A DNA stretch of 64,000 bases. It comes from Arcicella sp. Its GTDB lineage: Bacteria > Bacteroidota > Bacteroidia > Cytophagales > Spirosomataceae. Below the pieces are notes generated by a model, which saw only the letters and a list, made by a program, of their open reading frames with translations, ran no database searches and was not told where the DNA came from. Each line of letters opens with the position of its first letter. Position 1 is the stretch's first letter. This document shows positions 38,771 to 47,170 of this stretch, one piece after another. The position numbers were made by a program, and so were the translations under genes. The stretch spans positions 5,802-69,801 of the forward strand of contig JAYVIV010000136.1 in NCBI GenBank assembly GCA_043769985.1. The letters are read 5' to 3'.

Positions 38771-39580
38771 TCATATTCTCTGTCGATTTGCACAAAAATA
38801 CGTCGTCCTCCCTCCTACTTTACTAATACTAATTTTCTCTCCGCATTCTGCACATTTATCTGCCCTAATGTCCTGCAAACCTGCCCGTCCCCAACCTCTT
38901 GCGTGTATGAGAAAACTCTCTGGAAAATCATCGTAATTTGCTTGTGAATCTATGGCAGTTTGAATGACAAATTGCATGGACTTATGAATTTCCGTTATCT
39001 CCTTTTCAGACAATTGATTGGCTTTTTTCTCTGGATGAACCTTGGCTTGATATAGCACTTCATCCACAATCCAATTGCCAATTCCTGCAACCGTTGATTG
39101 ATCTAACAAAACTGATTTTATGGGTGCATTCTTCTTATTAAGGGTTTTTGATAATTCCTCCACCGTGATTTCTAAGGCATCTTTATTGATTTTTTTGCGA
39201 GACAGATATTCTTCAATGTCTTCCACAATCCCGATTCGCTCAAATTTTCTTGGACATAAAAAACCTAATCTAAAACCGTTGGTAAATTTGAAAATGATTC
39301 TTGCAAAACGGGGTGTATCTTCATCGTCTTTGAAATAAACCAAATCGCCCGTCATGCCAAAATGAAGATGCAGCCAATAAGGAGCATCCAATTGAGCAAA
39401 CAGGTTTTTACCCACTCTTTTTGTACCAATAAATTGATGATTTTTTAATTGCTGATTCAGCGTATCGTAGTCAGTAGTTAGCAATTTTGTATCCTCCACA
39501 TAAACATCGCTAATGGGTTGATAAAGGCTGGTTTCTTCAAAATAACGACGATAGGTTTCTACTTCGGGGAGTTCGGGCAT
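38771..39580 (-). CDS. Fpg/Nei family DNA glycosylase
   Basis: MPELPEVE, RVGKNL, HFGMTG, LLDQSTVAGIGNW..DEVL, GGRTTYFC. Confidence 0.9.
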   Translation of the reverse strand: MPELPEVETYRRYFEETSLYQPISDVYVEDTKLLTTDYDTLNQQLKNHQFIGTKRVGKNLFAQLDAPYWLHLHFGMTGDLVYFKDDEDTPRFARIIFKFTNGFRLGFLCPRKFERIGIVEDIEEYLSRKKINKDALEITVEELSKTLNKKNAPIKSVLLDQSTVAGIGNWIVDEVLYQAKVHPEKKANQLSEKEITEIHKSMQFVIQTAIDSQANYDDFPESFLIHARGWGRAGLQDIRADKCAECGEKISISKVGGRTTYFCANRQRI

Positions 39581-39657
39581 GAGGTTGAGGGTTTAAGGTA
39601 GAACTGGTTTTTGGAGGGATTTGTTTGGTGATACGAACTTATTTACTAATTCACCCA

Positions 39658-39991
39658 TTAGTAAAAATCATCTCTGACTTCCTTAATCAGTTTTTTAATA
39701 TCACTATCTTTAGTATTCGAAATTTCTGATTTATCGTAAATACTGACAAGATAGACTTCTTTTGTTCTGTGATAACATAGGTAATTATCCTTGCACCACC
39801 ACTTTTACCACTATTTTTACTTTCAATAGCAAGCCTAACTTTATAGGTACTATTGCCTAAATCTGTTCCCTGATTAGGATTTTCAGATAATAATTCTTCA
39901 AATTCAATCAGTTCACTGACCAGTGATTTGTATTTCTTTTTGAGCTTTTTAACTTGGCGTAAAATCTCGGTGTAGGAATAACGTCAAACAT
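39658..39991 (-). pseudogene. RelE/HigB-2-like toxin with two single-base frameshifts
   Basis: Reconstructed MFDVIPTPRF/LRQVKKLKKKYKSL...TYKVRLAIESKNSGKSGGARIITY.../EVYLVSIYDKSE; 334 nt, two short of 336. Confidence 0.8.
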
Positions 39992-40199
39992 TAAGAGCTT
40001 CTTTTAAAGATATTTTCCTCAATTTCCCCTGCTGCATCTGTTTAATTTCACTGAATGATGCCTTCAAGTCTCTTTTTACTTTTAAAAGTTGCTCATATCT
40101 ATTGAACTTTTCTTGAAGTGAGTCCCAATCTTCTACTGGCATTTGGACTAATTTTCGTCCTGTGGTGTCTGTAATGTATTGAATATGTGATGTTTGCAT
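39984..40199 (-). CDS. Putative antitoxin of the broken RelE
   Basis: IQYITDTTGRKLVQMP; C-terminus SFSEIKQMQQGKLRKISLKEAL; overlaps the toxin start. Confidence 0.7.
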   Translation of the reverse strand: MQTSHIQYITDTTGRKLVQMPVEDWDSLQEKFNRYEQLLKVKRDLKASFSEIKQMQQGKLRKISLKEALNV

Positions 40200-40231
40200 T
40201 TTCTTATTTATTGATTAATAATTATTTCCTA

Positions 40232-40651
40232 TCACTTCGGAAATAAACCCATATTCTGTAAATATTCACGCTCTTCTAATCTTTCTTCGTCGTTGATTCT
40301 CAGCATTTTAACCGTTACTTCTCCAATATCAGTAATGCCTAAAATCATATTGCCAATAATTTGAAAATGTTCCAACCAATTGTCAATACGTGGATTATAA
40401 AAACGGGTTAGTATGCCTTTTTCAGTCACTGAACCAATATAAGTGCCTTTAAATCTGTTACATGGTAAACACGAAAAAGCCAAATTGGTATCATTATTCT
40501 TCCCGCCATGTTTGATACTAATAATATGGTCTATTTCACAACCAATATAAGTATCTTCTTCATGAATCAAACAATATTCACAATGACTATTTGCTCTTTT
40601 TTCAACTAATCGACGGGTACTTTCTGAAATATAATCACTACGACTGGGCAT
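40232..40651 (-). CDS. HNH endonuclease
   Basis: CEYC, EIDHIIS..HGG, NLAFSCLPCNRFKG, FYNPR. Confidence 0.88.
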   Translation of the reverse strand: MPSRSDYISESTRRLVEKRANSHCEYCLIHEEDTYIGCEIDHIISIKHGGKNNDTNLAFSCLPCNRFKGTYIGSVTEKGILTRFYNPRIDNWLEHFQIIGNMILGITDIGEVTVKMLRINDEERLEEREYLQNMGLFPK

Positions 40652-40868
40652 ATTTTTTCGCTCGTGCTTTGGTTAAACGCATAAGATGTTCAAGTCTCAA
40701 ATAATCGTCTAATTCTGTCTTTTCGGAGGAAGTAGCAACGCCTTCTTTTTCGAGATGTAATAATTCTCGAACCCGTAGTTTAGTTGATTCTGATGCTTTG
40801 AAAAGAGAAATTCCTCTTGGAGTTGTTCCGCTTGCCAAAAAATCTATAATTTCTTCGTAGGCTTTCAT
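40638..40868 (-). CDS. Small protein coupled to the HNH gene (antitoxin-like)
   Basis: 76 aa, MKAYEEIIDFLASG...ELDDYLRLEHLMRL; overlaps the HNH start. Confidence 0.65.
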   Translation of the reverse strand: MKAYEEIIDFLASGTTPRGISLFKASESTKLRVRELLHLEKEGVATSSEKTELDDYLRLEHLMRLTKARAKKYAQS

Positions 40869-40906
40869 TTTATAAATGTTATTTGTTTTTCAAAAATAAC
40901 CAATTC

Positions 40907-42814
40907 CTAACGCAAAAACAACCCCGCCATTTCCTCCAAAGACACAATTTTCATCGTGGATTCTCCACTTGGGGTGTAGCTTGGATTGGAGGATGCAAAA
41001 AGTTGTTCAACCAACATATTCATCTCCAAAATCGTGAGGCTATGATTGCCAAAACGCCCTGCCGAACGTTTTGCCATCGAACGGGCTACGTTTTCAGATT
41101 TATCCAAATGCAAATTGGCTTCGTTTTGCTTGAATTGCTCCAAAATTCCTTCAATCATTGCCTGTTCATTTTCTTCGGGCGAATCGGCGGGAATGCCATT
41201 TATTACGAAAGTATCATGTCCTGTAACACTCAACACAAAACCCAAATTGCGGATTTCGTCTTGAATTTCAACTACTAAATGAAAATCTGCGGGGGTGAGT
41301 CGCACCGTAGTCGGGAAGAGTAATTGCTGTGATGCTCCGTTGTGTTTTTGAAGATGTTGCGAGAATTTTTCGTACAAAATCCGTTCATAAGCCGCCCGTT
41401 GGTCAATCAACAACATTCCAGATTTTACCTGAGAAATGATATACTGGTTATGAATCTGAAACGTGGTTGCTTCAGAATCTTGATTGCCTCTTTGTGGACG
41501 GTTTTGTAAGAAATCATTTGCTTTACTTTTTAAAGTAAATGGCTCATCATCAATACCTTTTTGATTAAATGTCAACGATTCTTGACGACTTCCAATCCGT
41601 TCAAAAGCACTTACATCACGGTCTAATCCTTCGTATAATTTATTCCAATTGGTCAGATTTGTACGCTCACGAGCGGGTACTTCTGGGCGTGGATATGAAC
41701 TTGCTCCTCCTCCACTATTGAACGCATCGGCACTTTCCTTTTTCGTTTGAAAGGGTGAATTTCCGAAATTGAAAATGTTGTTGGTATAATTTACGTCCGT
41801 CTCAAAATCCAAAGAAGGTGTAAGATTATGCTGGCTCATTGCCTTTCTGACGGCCGCTTGCACAATGGCATAAACGGTGCGTTCATCATCAAATTTTATT
41901 TCCGTTTTGGTTGGATGAACGTTTATATCAATGTGAATGGGGTCAATTTCAATGAAAAGCACATAAAACGGATGCGTTCCTTCGGGAATTAATCCCTCGA
42001 AAGACGACATCACGGCATGATTCAAATAACCATTTTTGATGTAGCGATTATTGGCAAAAAAGAACTGCTCTCCACGAGTTTTTTTAGAAAATTCGGGCTT
42101 ACCTACGTATCCACGCACACTCACGAAAGAAGTTTCTTCTTCACAAGAGGCCAATTGTTCTCGATAATTTTTACCAAATAAATCCACAATTCTTCGGCTC
42201 AATTTCCCTGCGGGCAGATTATAGATTTCTGAATCGTTGTGATGAAGCGAAAACGTAATTTCTGAATTAGACAAAGCTACTCGCTGAAATTCATCAAGGA
42301 TGTGACGCATCTCTACGGGATTGGATTTCAAGAAGTTACGTCTGGCGGGAACATTATAAAATAGATTTTTTACTTGAATACTCGTACCTTTTTCAGTTGC
42401 AATGGCTTCTTGGGCTTTCACTTCTGAGGCTTCCATTTTAATCAAAATTCCTAATTCATCCGTACTTCTACGAGTTCGCATTTCGACTTGGGCAACGGCG
42501 GCAATGGATGCCATCGCTTCGCCTCTGAAACCCATCGTACGGATTTTAAAAAGGTCTTCGGAAGTACGAATTTTTGAGGTTGCATGGCGTTCAAAACACA
42601 TTCTGGCGTCGGTTTCAGACATTCCTAAACCATCATCAATCACTTGAATCAACGTTTTGCCAGCTTCACGGACGATTAATTGAATGGTTGTTGCCCCTGC
42701 ATCAATCGAATTTTCTAACAACTCCTTCACCACCGAGGCAGGACGCTGAACTACCTCACCAGCCGCAATTTGGTTGGCAATAGAATCAGGAAGAAGTTGG
42801 ATAATGTCTAACAT
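40907..42814 (-). CDS. mutL: DNA mismatch repair protein MutL
   Basis: IAAGEVVQRPASVVKELLENSIDAG, TMGFRGEA, DINVHPTKTE, DQRAAYERILYE. Confidence 0.97.
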   Translation of the reverse strand: MLDIIQLLPDSIANQIAAGEVVQRPASVVKELLENSIDAGATTIQLIVREAGKTLIQVIDDGLGMSETDARMCFERHATSKIRTSEDLFKIRTMGFRGEAMASIAAVAQVEMRTRRSTDELGILIKMEASEVKAQEAIATEKGTSIQVKNLFYNVPARRNFLKSNPVEMRHILDEFQRVALSNSEITFSLHHNDSEIYNLPAGKLSRRIVDLFGKNYREQLASCEEETSFVSVRGYVGKPEFSKKTRGEQFFFANNRYIKNGYLNHAVMSSFEGLIPEGTHPFYVLFIEIDPIHIDINVHPTKTEIKFDDERTVYAIVQAAVRKAMSQHNLTPSLDFETDVNYTNNIFNFGNSPFQTKKESADAFNSGGGASSYPRPEVPARERTNLTNWNKLYEGLDRDVSAFERIGSRQESLTFNQKGIDDEPFTLKSKANDFLQNRPQRGNQDSEATTFQIHNQYIISQVKSGMLLIDQRAAYERILYEKFSQHLQKHNGASQQLLFPTTVRLTPADFHLVVEIQDEIRNLGFVLSVTGHDTFVINGIPADSPEENEQAMIEGILEQFKQNEANLHLDKSENVARSMAKRSAGRFGNHSLTILEMNMLVEQLFASSNPSYTPSGESTMKIVSLEEMAGLFLR

Positions 42815-43037
42815 TGTTTGATAGTGAATAATTAACAGAGAATAGATAATAGTTGATTAACGGAACATTCTTCCGACAAATAACCATTAATTATTCTCTA
42901 TTAATGGTTAATTAAAATCTTTCCTCTAAGTTCGTGATAAATCATACCATTGACAATTAAAACGGTAAGTTTGATGTTGATAAAACGTGGATAAGTTTGT
43001 AACGTTTTGACTTTCAATTTCTTACGAACTAAAAAAC

Positions 43038-43073
43038 AAAACGCTGACTGAATTTGAGTTCAGTCAGCGTTTT
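43038..43073. terminator. Intrinsic terminator hairpin
   Basis: AAAACGCTGACTGAA-TTTGAG-TTCAGTCAGCGTTTT. Confidence 0.65.
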
Positions 43074-43094
43074 GGATATAAATGATTGTTAATT

Positions 43095-43244
43095 CTAAGC
43101 CACTTGACGGCTTCGACGTTTTGCCATTTGTGAAGACTTCAATTGTTGAGCCTCTTTCTTTTTTTCTTCAATATCAAAAATACGATAGGCTTCTTTGATT
43201 CCTTCGTCAATAATGTCTAAAATATCTCTATTTTTCTTTTCCAT
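43095..43244 (-). CDS. Small ORF overlapping the zeta-like gene
   Basis: Hand translation, 49 aa MEKKNRDILDIIDEGIKEAYRIF...; overlaps the upstream stop. Confidence 0.4.
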   Translation of the reverse strand: MEKKNRDILDIIDEGIKEAYRIFDIEEKKKEAQQLKSSQMAKRRSRQVA

Positions 43245-43815
43245 AAGATTGTAGTTTTAACCAAATTTCTTCGTTTTCAATAATAACACTTTTGTCTTCT
43301 TCATTCTTTGCAATCAGTTGTGGATTTCTGAAATTATAGTCAGAATTATCATAAACAGACCAACGATTAACCACAGGAATAAATAAATCTACTAAGTTCC
43401 TTATCCCTCCTTCATAACGTCTTTTCACGTCTTCGTCGGGTATAAAATGTCCTCCTTCCCTCACTCTTTTAGCTACTCTTCTGAGTGCCATATCATAAGA
43501 TTCAAGCCAAAAATACATCAATACAACTTCATAACCAAGAGATTGAGCTTTTTTAGTTAATCCTACATAACTCTTTGTGGCTAAGGTAGTTTCAATAGCA
43601 AAACTGGATTTTTCAGACAATAAAATGTCCACCCTTTCCAACATAATTCTACCCGCTTGAAAGGAAACCGATTCTGGAAAATCGGGATTGAGTTTTGCTG
43701 CAATAATATCAGCATTTACAAATTCTATTCCACCCAAGAATTTGGGTAAAAGAATTTTGGCAGTAGTGGTTTTTCCTGCACCATTACAACCCGCAAGAAT
43801 AAAAAGTTGTGGCAT
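43228..43815 (-). CDS. Zeta toxin-like P-loop kinase (AAA_33/Zeta)
   Basis: ILAGCNGAGKTT, FVNADII, FAIETTL, RVREGGH, YDNS. Confidence 0.85.
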   Translation of the reverse strand: MPQLFILAGCNGAGKTTTAKILLPKFLGGIEFVNADIIAAKLNPDFPESVSFQAGRIMLERVDILLSEKSSFAIETTLATKSYVGLTKKAQSLGYEVVLMYFWLESYDMALRRVAKRVREGGHFIPDEDVKRRYEGGIRNLVDLFIPVVNRWSVYDNSDYNFRNPQLIAKNEEDKSVIIENEEIWLKLQSYGKEK

Positions 43816-44024
43816 TATAGTTGATTTAAAAGGAGAGAATTTTAGCAAATGTAACAAAAACAGTTTTAAACTCCATCCACCAAACTAATTTCGTAAATTT
43901 GCTGTTTAAGCGTTGAGTACGAAGTATTGAGTATTAAGTCCCAAGCCTTCATAACGTGTAAGTTTTCTTAATACTTAGTACATAATACTTAATACAACAA
44001 GTTAATACTTAATACAAAATTCCA

Positions 44025-44615
44025 ATGTTGAAGCCCCACATACTCATTTATACCGAATCAACGCCCAATCCTAATTCAATGAAGTTTGTCTTGAACTTTG
44101 AATTAGTGCCTGATGGTTCGTCTTTTGATTACGCAACACCCTCTGATGCACTCGTAGAAGGCAAAAATTCACCTTTGGCTGTTGCATTATTCGGTTTTGA
44201 TTTCGTTCAGCGAGTATTTATTTCTTCTAATTTTATCACCGTTACCAAAGACGATGAAACCAAATGGGAAGATGAATTATTCGGAACGAAGCAATTTTTG
44301 AAGCAATTTTTTGAAGATAAAAAAGACGTTTTCACTAAAACTACCATTGCAGCTTACGAGTCGGCAGGAGGGGAGCAAGATTCTGAAACCGTTATCAAAA
44401 TCAAAGCGGTTTTGGATCAATACGTGCGTCCAGCGGTGGAATCTGATGGTGGAGCAATCAATTTTCATTCGTATCATGATGGCGTTGTGAAGGTGCTTTT
44501 GCAAGGTTCGTGTTCGGGCTGTCCATCTTCAACGATTACCTTAAAACAAGGTATTGAAAATCTTTTAACTCGTATGGTTCCAGAAGTTACAGAGGTGTTG
44601 GCGGAAGGCGTTTAG
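44025..44615 (+). CDS. NifU/Nfu family Fe-S scaffold/carrier
   Basis: TPNPNSMKF, VRPAVESDGG, GSCSGCPSS. Confidence 0.92.
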   Translation: MLKPHILIYTESTPNPNSMKFVLNFELVPDGSSFDYATPSDALVEGKNSPLAVALFGFDFVQRVFISSNFITVTKDDETKWEDELFGTKQFLKQFFEDKKDVFTKTTIAAYESAGGEQDSETVIKIKAVLDQYVRPAVESDGGAINFHSYHDGVVKVLLQGSCSGCPSSTITLKQGIENLLTRMVPEVTEVLAEGV

Positions 44616-44640
44616 TTGATTTTAAAAGTATTTATTTCAT

Positions 44641-44682
44641 AACAAAAGGGTATCAGAATTTATTTTCTGATACCCTTTTGTT
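44641..44682. terminator. Terminator hairpin after nfu
   Basis: AACAAAAGGGTATCAGAA-loop-TTCTGATACCCTTTTGTT. Confidence 0.7.
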
Positions 44683-44774
44683 ATCATAAATAACTGATTT
44701 CCAGTATAATATTTGAATAATGACAAAACTTTCCCTTGATTCAAAACATTTTAAAACATACATTTGTTAAATAT

Positions 44775-44790
44775 TTTAGGTAACTCTAAA
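44775..44790. promoter_or_regulatory. Candidate DtxR/MntR-type operator
   Basis: TTTAG-GTAACT-CTAAA palindrome 38 nt upstream of the TonB receptor. Confidence 0.4.
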
Positions 44791-44827
44791 TTTTATTTAA
44801 GTCTGTCAAAAATTAAAATCAAGACAC

Positions 44828-47098
44828 ATGAAAACAATTAAACACACTCGAAATCTAATTTATGCTATTTTATTGATATTCAGTTCATTACCAATTTTTT
44901 CGCAAGGATTGAAAGGAAAAATAATTAGTGAAGGAAAAGCCGCTGAATTTGTGAATATCACCGTTCCTTCGCTCAAAAATATCGGTTCGCAAGCAGATAG
45001 AGAAGGAAATTTTTTATTAGAAAATCTTCCTCTTGGAAAGCAAATTATTCAAATCTCTGGCGTTGGATTTAAGACAACTCAACGTACTGTGCAGATTCAG
45101 AACGATAAAATTTCCACGGTTAGTTTTGAAATCGAACCCGACCAAACGGCTCTAAATGAGGTAGTTGTGAGTGGAACAATGAAAGAAACGATGGTAAATT
45201 TATCCTCTACGCCTATTGAAATTTATACCCCCACATTTTTCAAGAAAAACCCAACGCCAAGTCTTTTTGAAGCCATGACAATGGTTAATGGCGTTCGTCC
45301 GCAGTTGAATTGTAGCGTTTGCAACACGGGCGATATTCACATCAATGGCATGGAAGGAGCATACACGATGATTACAATCGACGGAATGCCCATCGTGTCG
45401 GCACTTTCTACGGTCTATGGACTTTCTGGAATTCCGAATTCGATGGTGGAAAGAATTGAGGTTGTAAAAGGTCCAGCCTCAACGCTTTATGGTTCAGAAG
45501 CGGTTGGCGGATTGATAAATGTGATTACAAAAAATCCTATAAAAGCTCCTCTCGTTTCATTGGATTTGAATTCAACGTCTTATGGAGAATATACGCTTGA
45601 CGGGGCTGTGAAGGCGAAAATTGGAAAAGCGAACACGATGTTAAGTGCCAATTATTTCAATTTCCAGAATAGATTCGATAAAAATAATGACGGTTTTACG
45701 GATATAACTTTACAAAATAGAATTTCCATTTTCAATAAATGGTCGTTTGAAAGAAAGCAAAATCAGACGTTTACGCTGGCGGGTAGATACGTGTATGAAG
45801 ACCGTTTTGGAGGCGAGCTTGGTTGGCAAAAAGAGGATAGCGGAGGAGATAAAATTTATGGTGAAAACATTTTAACAAAACGCTGGGAACTCATCAGTAA
45901 TTATCAGTTACCCATTGATAATCAGCAAATTAACCTTCAAATATCCTATAATAATCATGACCAAAACTCTGTTTATGGACAGCAACCCTACATTGCCAAA
46001 CAAGAAATTGCTTTCGGACAGTTACTTTGGGATAAGAAATTAGGCAAAAATCATGATGCTCTTTTTGGAATGGCTTTGCGTTATACTTTTTATGACGATA
46101 ATAACACTTTAACCCAAGATGAAAACGATTCGACCGTAAATAAGCCAAGTAGAACGTTTTTACCAGGAATATTTGCCCAAGATGAGGTTAAATTGAATAG
46201 TAGAAATACAGTTTTATTAGGTCTTAGATATGACTATAATTCAATTCACGGAGGTATTTTTTCGCCCCGAGTTAATTGGAAATATAATTCAAAGAAATCG
46301 GATATTATTAGGTTAAGTTTTGGAACGGGTTATCGAGTGGTTAATTTGTTTTCGGAAGATGAAACGGTTTATACGGGATCAAGAAAAGTGGAAGTTGTGG
46401 CAAATTTGAACCCAGAAAAATCTTGGAATACAAATCTTAATTATCAAAAAACAATTACCCATTCCAAAGGATTTTTATCACTTGAAGGCAGCCTTTTTTA
46501 CACTTATTTCAGTAATAAAGTAGTGGCAGATTACGATACAGACCCACAGAAGGTGATTTTCGATAATTTGAAAGGCTACGGAGAATTATTGGGTGCAAGT
46601 TTAAACTTAGATTTCAACTTCACGAATGGCCTAAAATTTATGCTTGGCGGAACATATACCGACATTTACAGAATAGAAAATGATTCAAAAATTCGTCAAA
46701 AGAAAACGCCTATTTTTACCACAAATTATGCCATATCATACACGCATCCAAAGTCTCAAATCATGCTTGATTTTACTGGAAATGTTTATGGTTCAATGGA
46801 TTTACCGCTAATTGCAGATGACATTCGTTCTGCACAATCGCCTGTTTTTAATCTCTCGAATCTTCAAATTTCGAGACGATTCAATAATGGATTACAGATT
46901 TATGCAGGATTGAAAAACTTGTTTAATTTCTTTCCAGAACAAAAGATAGTTTATCAAGCCAAAGAGCTGCGTTCAGAGCAAATAAAAACGTCAGCTTTGA
47001 GTACTTTGCCGCAGGGATATTATTTCAATACAGATGCCAGTTTCGCTCCAATACAAGGAATTAGAGGCTTTTTGGGTGTTCGTTGGAATTTATTTTGA
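44828..47098 (+). CDS. TonB-dependent receptor (CarboxypepD_reg-like N-terminus, CxxC in plug)
   Basis: EVVVSGT, RPQLNCSVCNTG, ERIEVVKGPASTLYG, terminal aromatic beta-strand. Confidence 0.9.
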   Translation: MKTIKHTRNLIYAILLIFSSLPIFSQGLKGKIISEGKAAEFVNITVPSLKNIGSQADREGNFLLENLPLGKQIIQISGVGFKTTQRTVQIQNDKISTVSFEIEPDQTALNEVVVSGTMKETMVNLSSTPIEIYTPTFFKKNPTPSLFEAMTMVNGVRPQLNCSVCNTGDIHINGMEGAYTMITIDGMPIVSALSTVYGLSGIPNSMVERIEVVKGPASTLYGSEAVGGLINVITKNPIKAPLVSLDLNSTSYGEYTLDGAVKAKIGKANTMLSANYFNFQNRFDKNNDGFTDITLQNRISIFNKWSFERKQNQTFTLAGRYVYEDRFGGELGWQKEDSGGDKIYGENILTKRWELISNYQLPIDNQQINLQISYNNHDQNSVYGQQPYIAKQEIAFGQLLWDKKLGKNHDALFGMALRYTFYDDNNTLTQDENDSTVNKPSRTFLPGIFAQDEVKLNSRNTVLLGLRYDYNSIHGGIFSPRVNWKYNSKKSDIIRLSFGTGYRVVNLFSEDETVYTGSRKVEVVANLNPEKSWNTNLNYQKTITHSKGFLSLEGSLFYTYFSNKVVADYDTDPQKVIFDNLKGYGELLGASLNLDFNFTNGLKFMLGGTYTDIYRIENDSKIRQKKTPIFTTNYAISYTHPKSQIMLDFTGNVYGSMDLPLIADDIRSAQSPVFNLSNLQISRRFNNGLQIYAGLKNLFNFFPEQKIVYQAKELRSEQIKTSALSTLPQGYYFNTDASFAPIQGIRGFLGVRWNLF

Positions 47099-47110
47099 GG
47101 TTTCTGAAGA

Positions 47111-47144
47111 AACTTCCCGAAAGTTTTAGAACTTTCGGGAAGTT
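47111..47144. repeat. Perfect 15-bp-stem palindrome between the two TonB receptor genes
   Basis: AACTTCCCGAAAGTT-TTAG-AACTTTCGGGAAGTT. Confidence 0.8.
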
Positions 47145-47170
47145 AAAAAAACAGACTCAGTACTTTTCTT

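Noticed and set aside
38771-38860. Fpg zinc finger with only three of four cysteines (CAEC...FCANR)
   Set aside because: Degenerate or zinc-less fingers are known in the Fpg/Nei family; not informative without an alignment.
38870-38905. Possible repeat insertion in fpg (ARGWGRAGLQDIRA)
   Set aside because: GC-rich but not palindromic and with no match to other repeats here; this loop is naturally variable.
39658-39991. Programmed ribosomal frameshifting as the explanation for the broken relE
   Set aside because: It would need two independent shifts, and there is no canonical slippery heptamer or downstream stimulatory structure; decay or sequencing error is simpler.
40883-41278. 131-aa ORF antisense to mutL, and the other 60-150-aa shadow ORFs (e.g. 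24861-25271, 29539-30000)
   Set aside because: They lie opposite or out of frame within well-supported genes and have no recognisable motifs.
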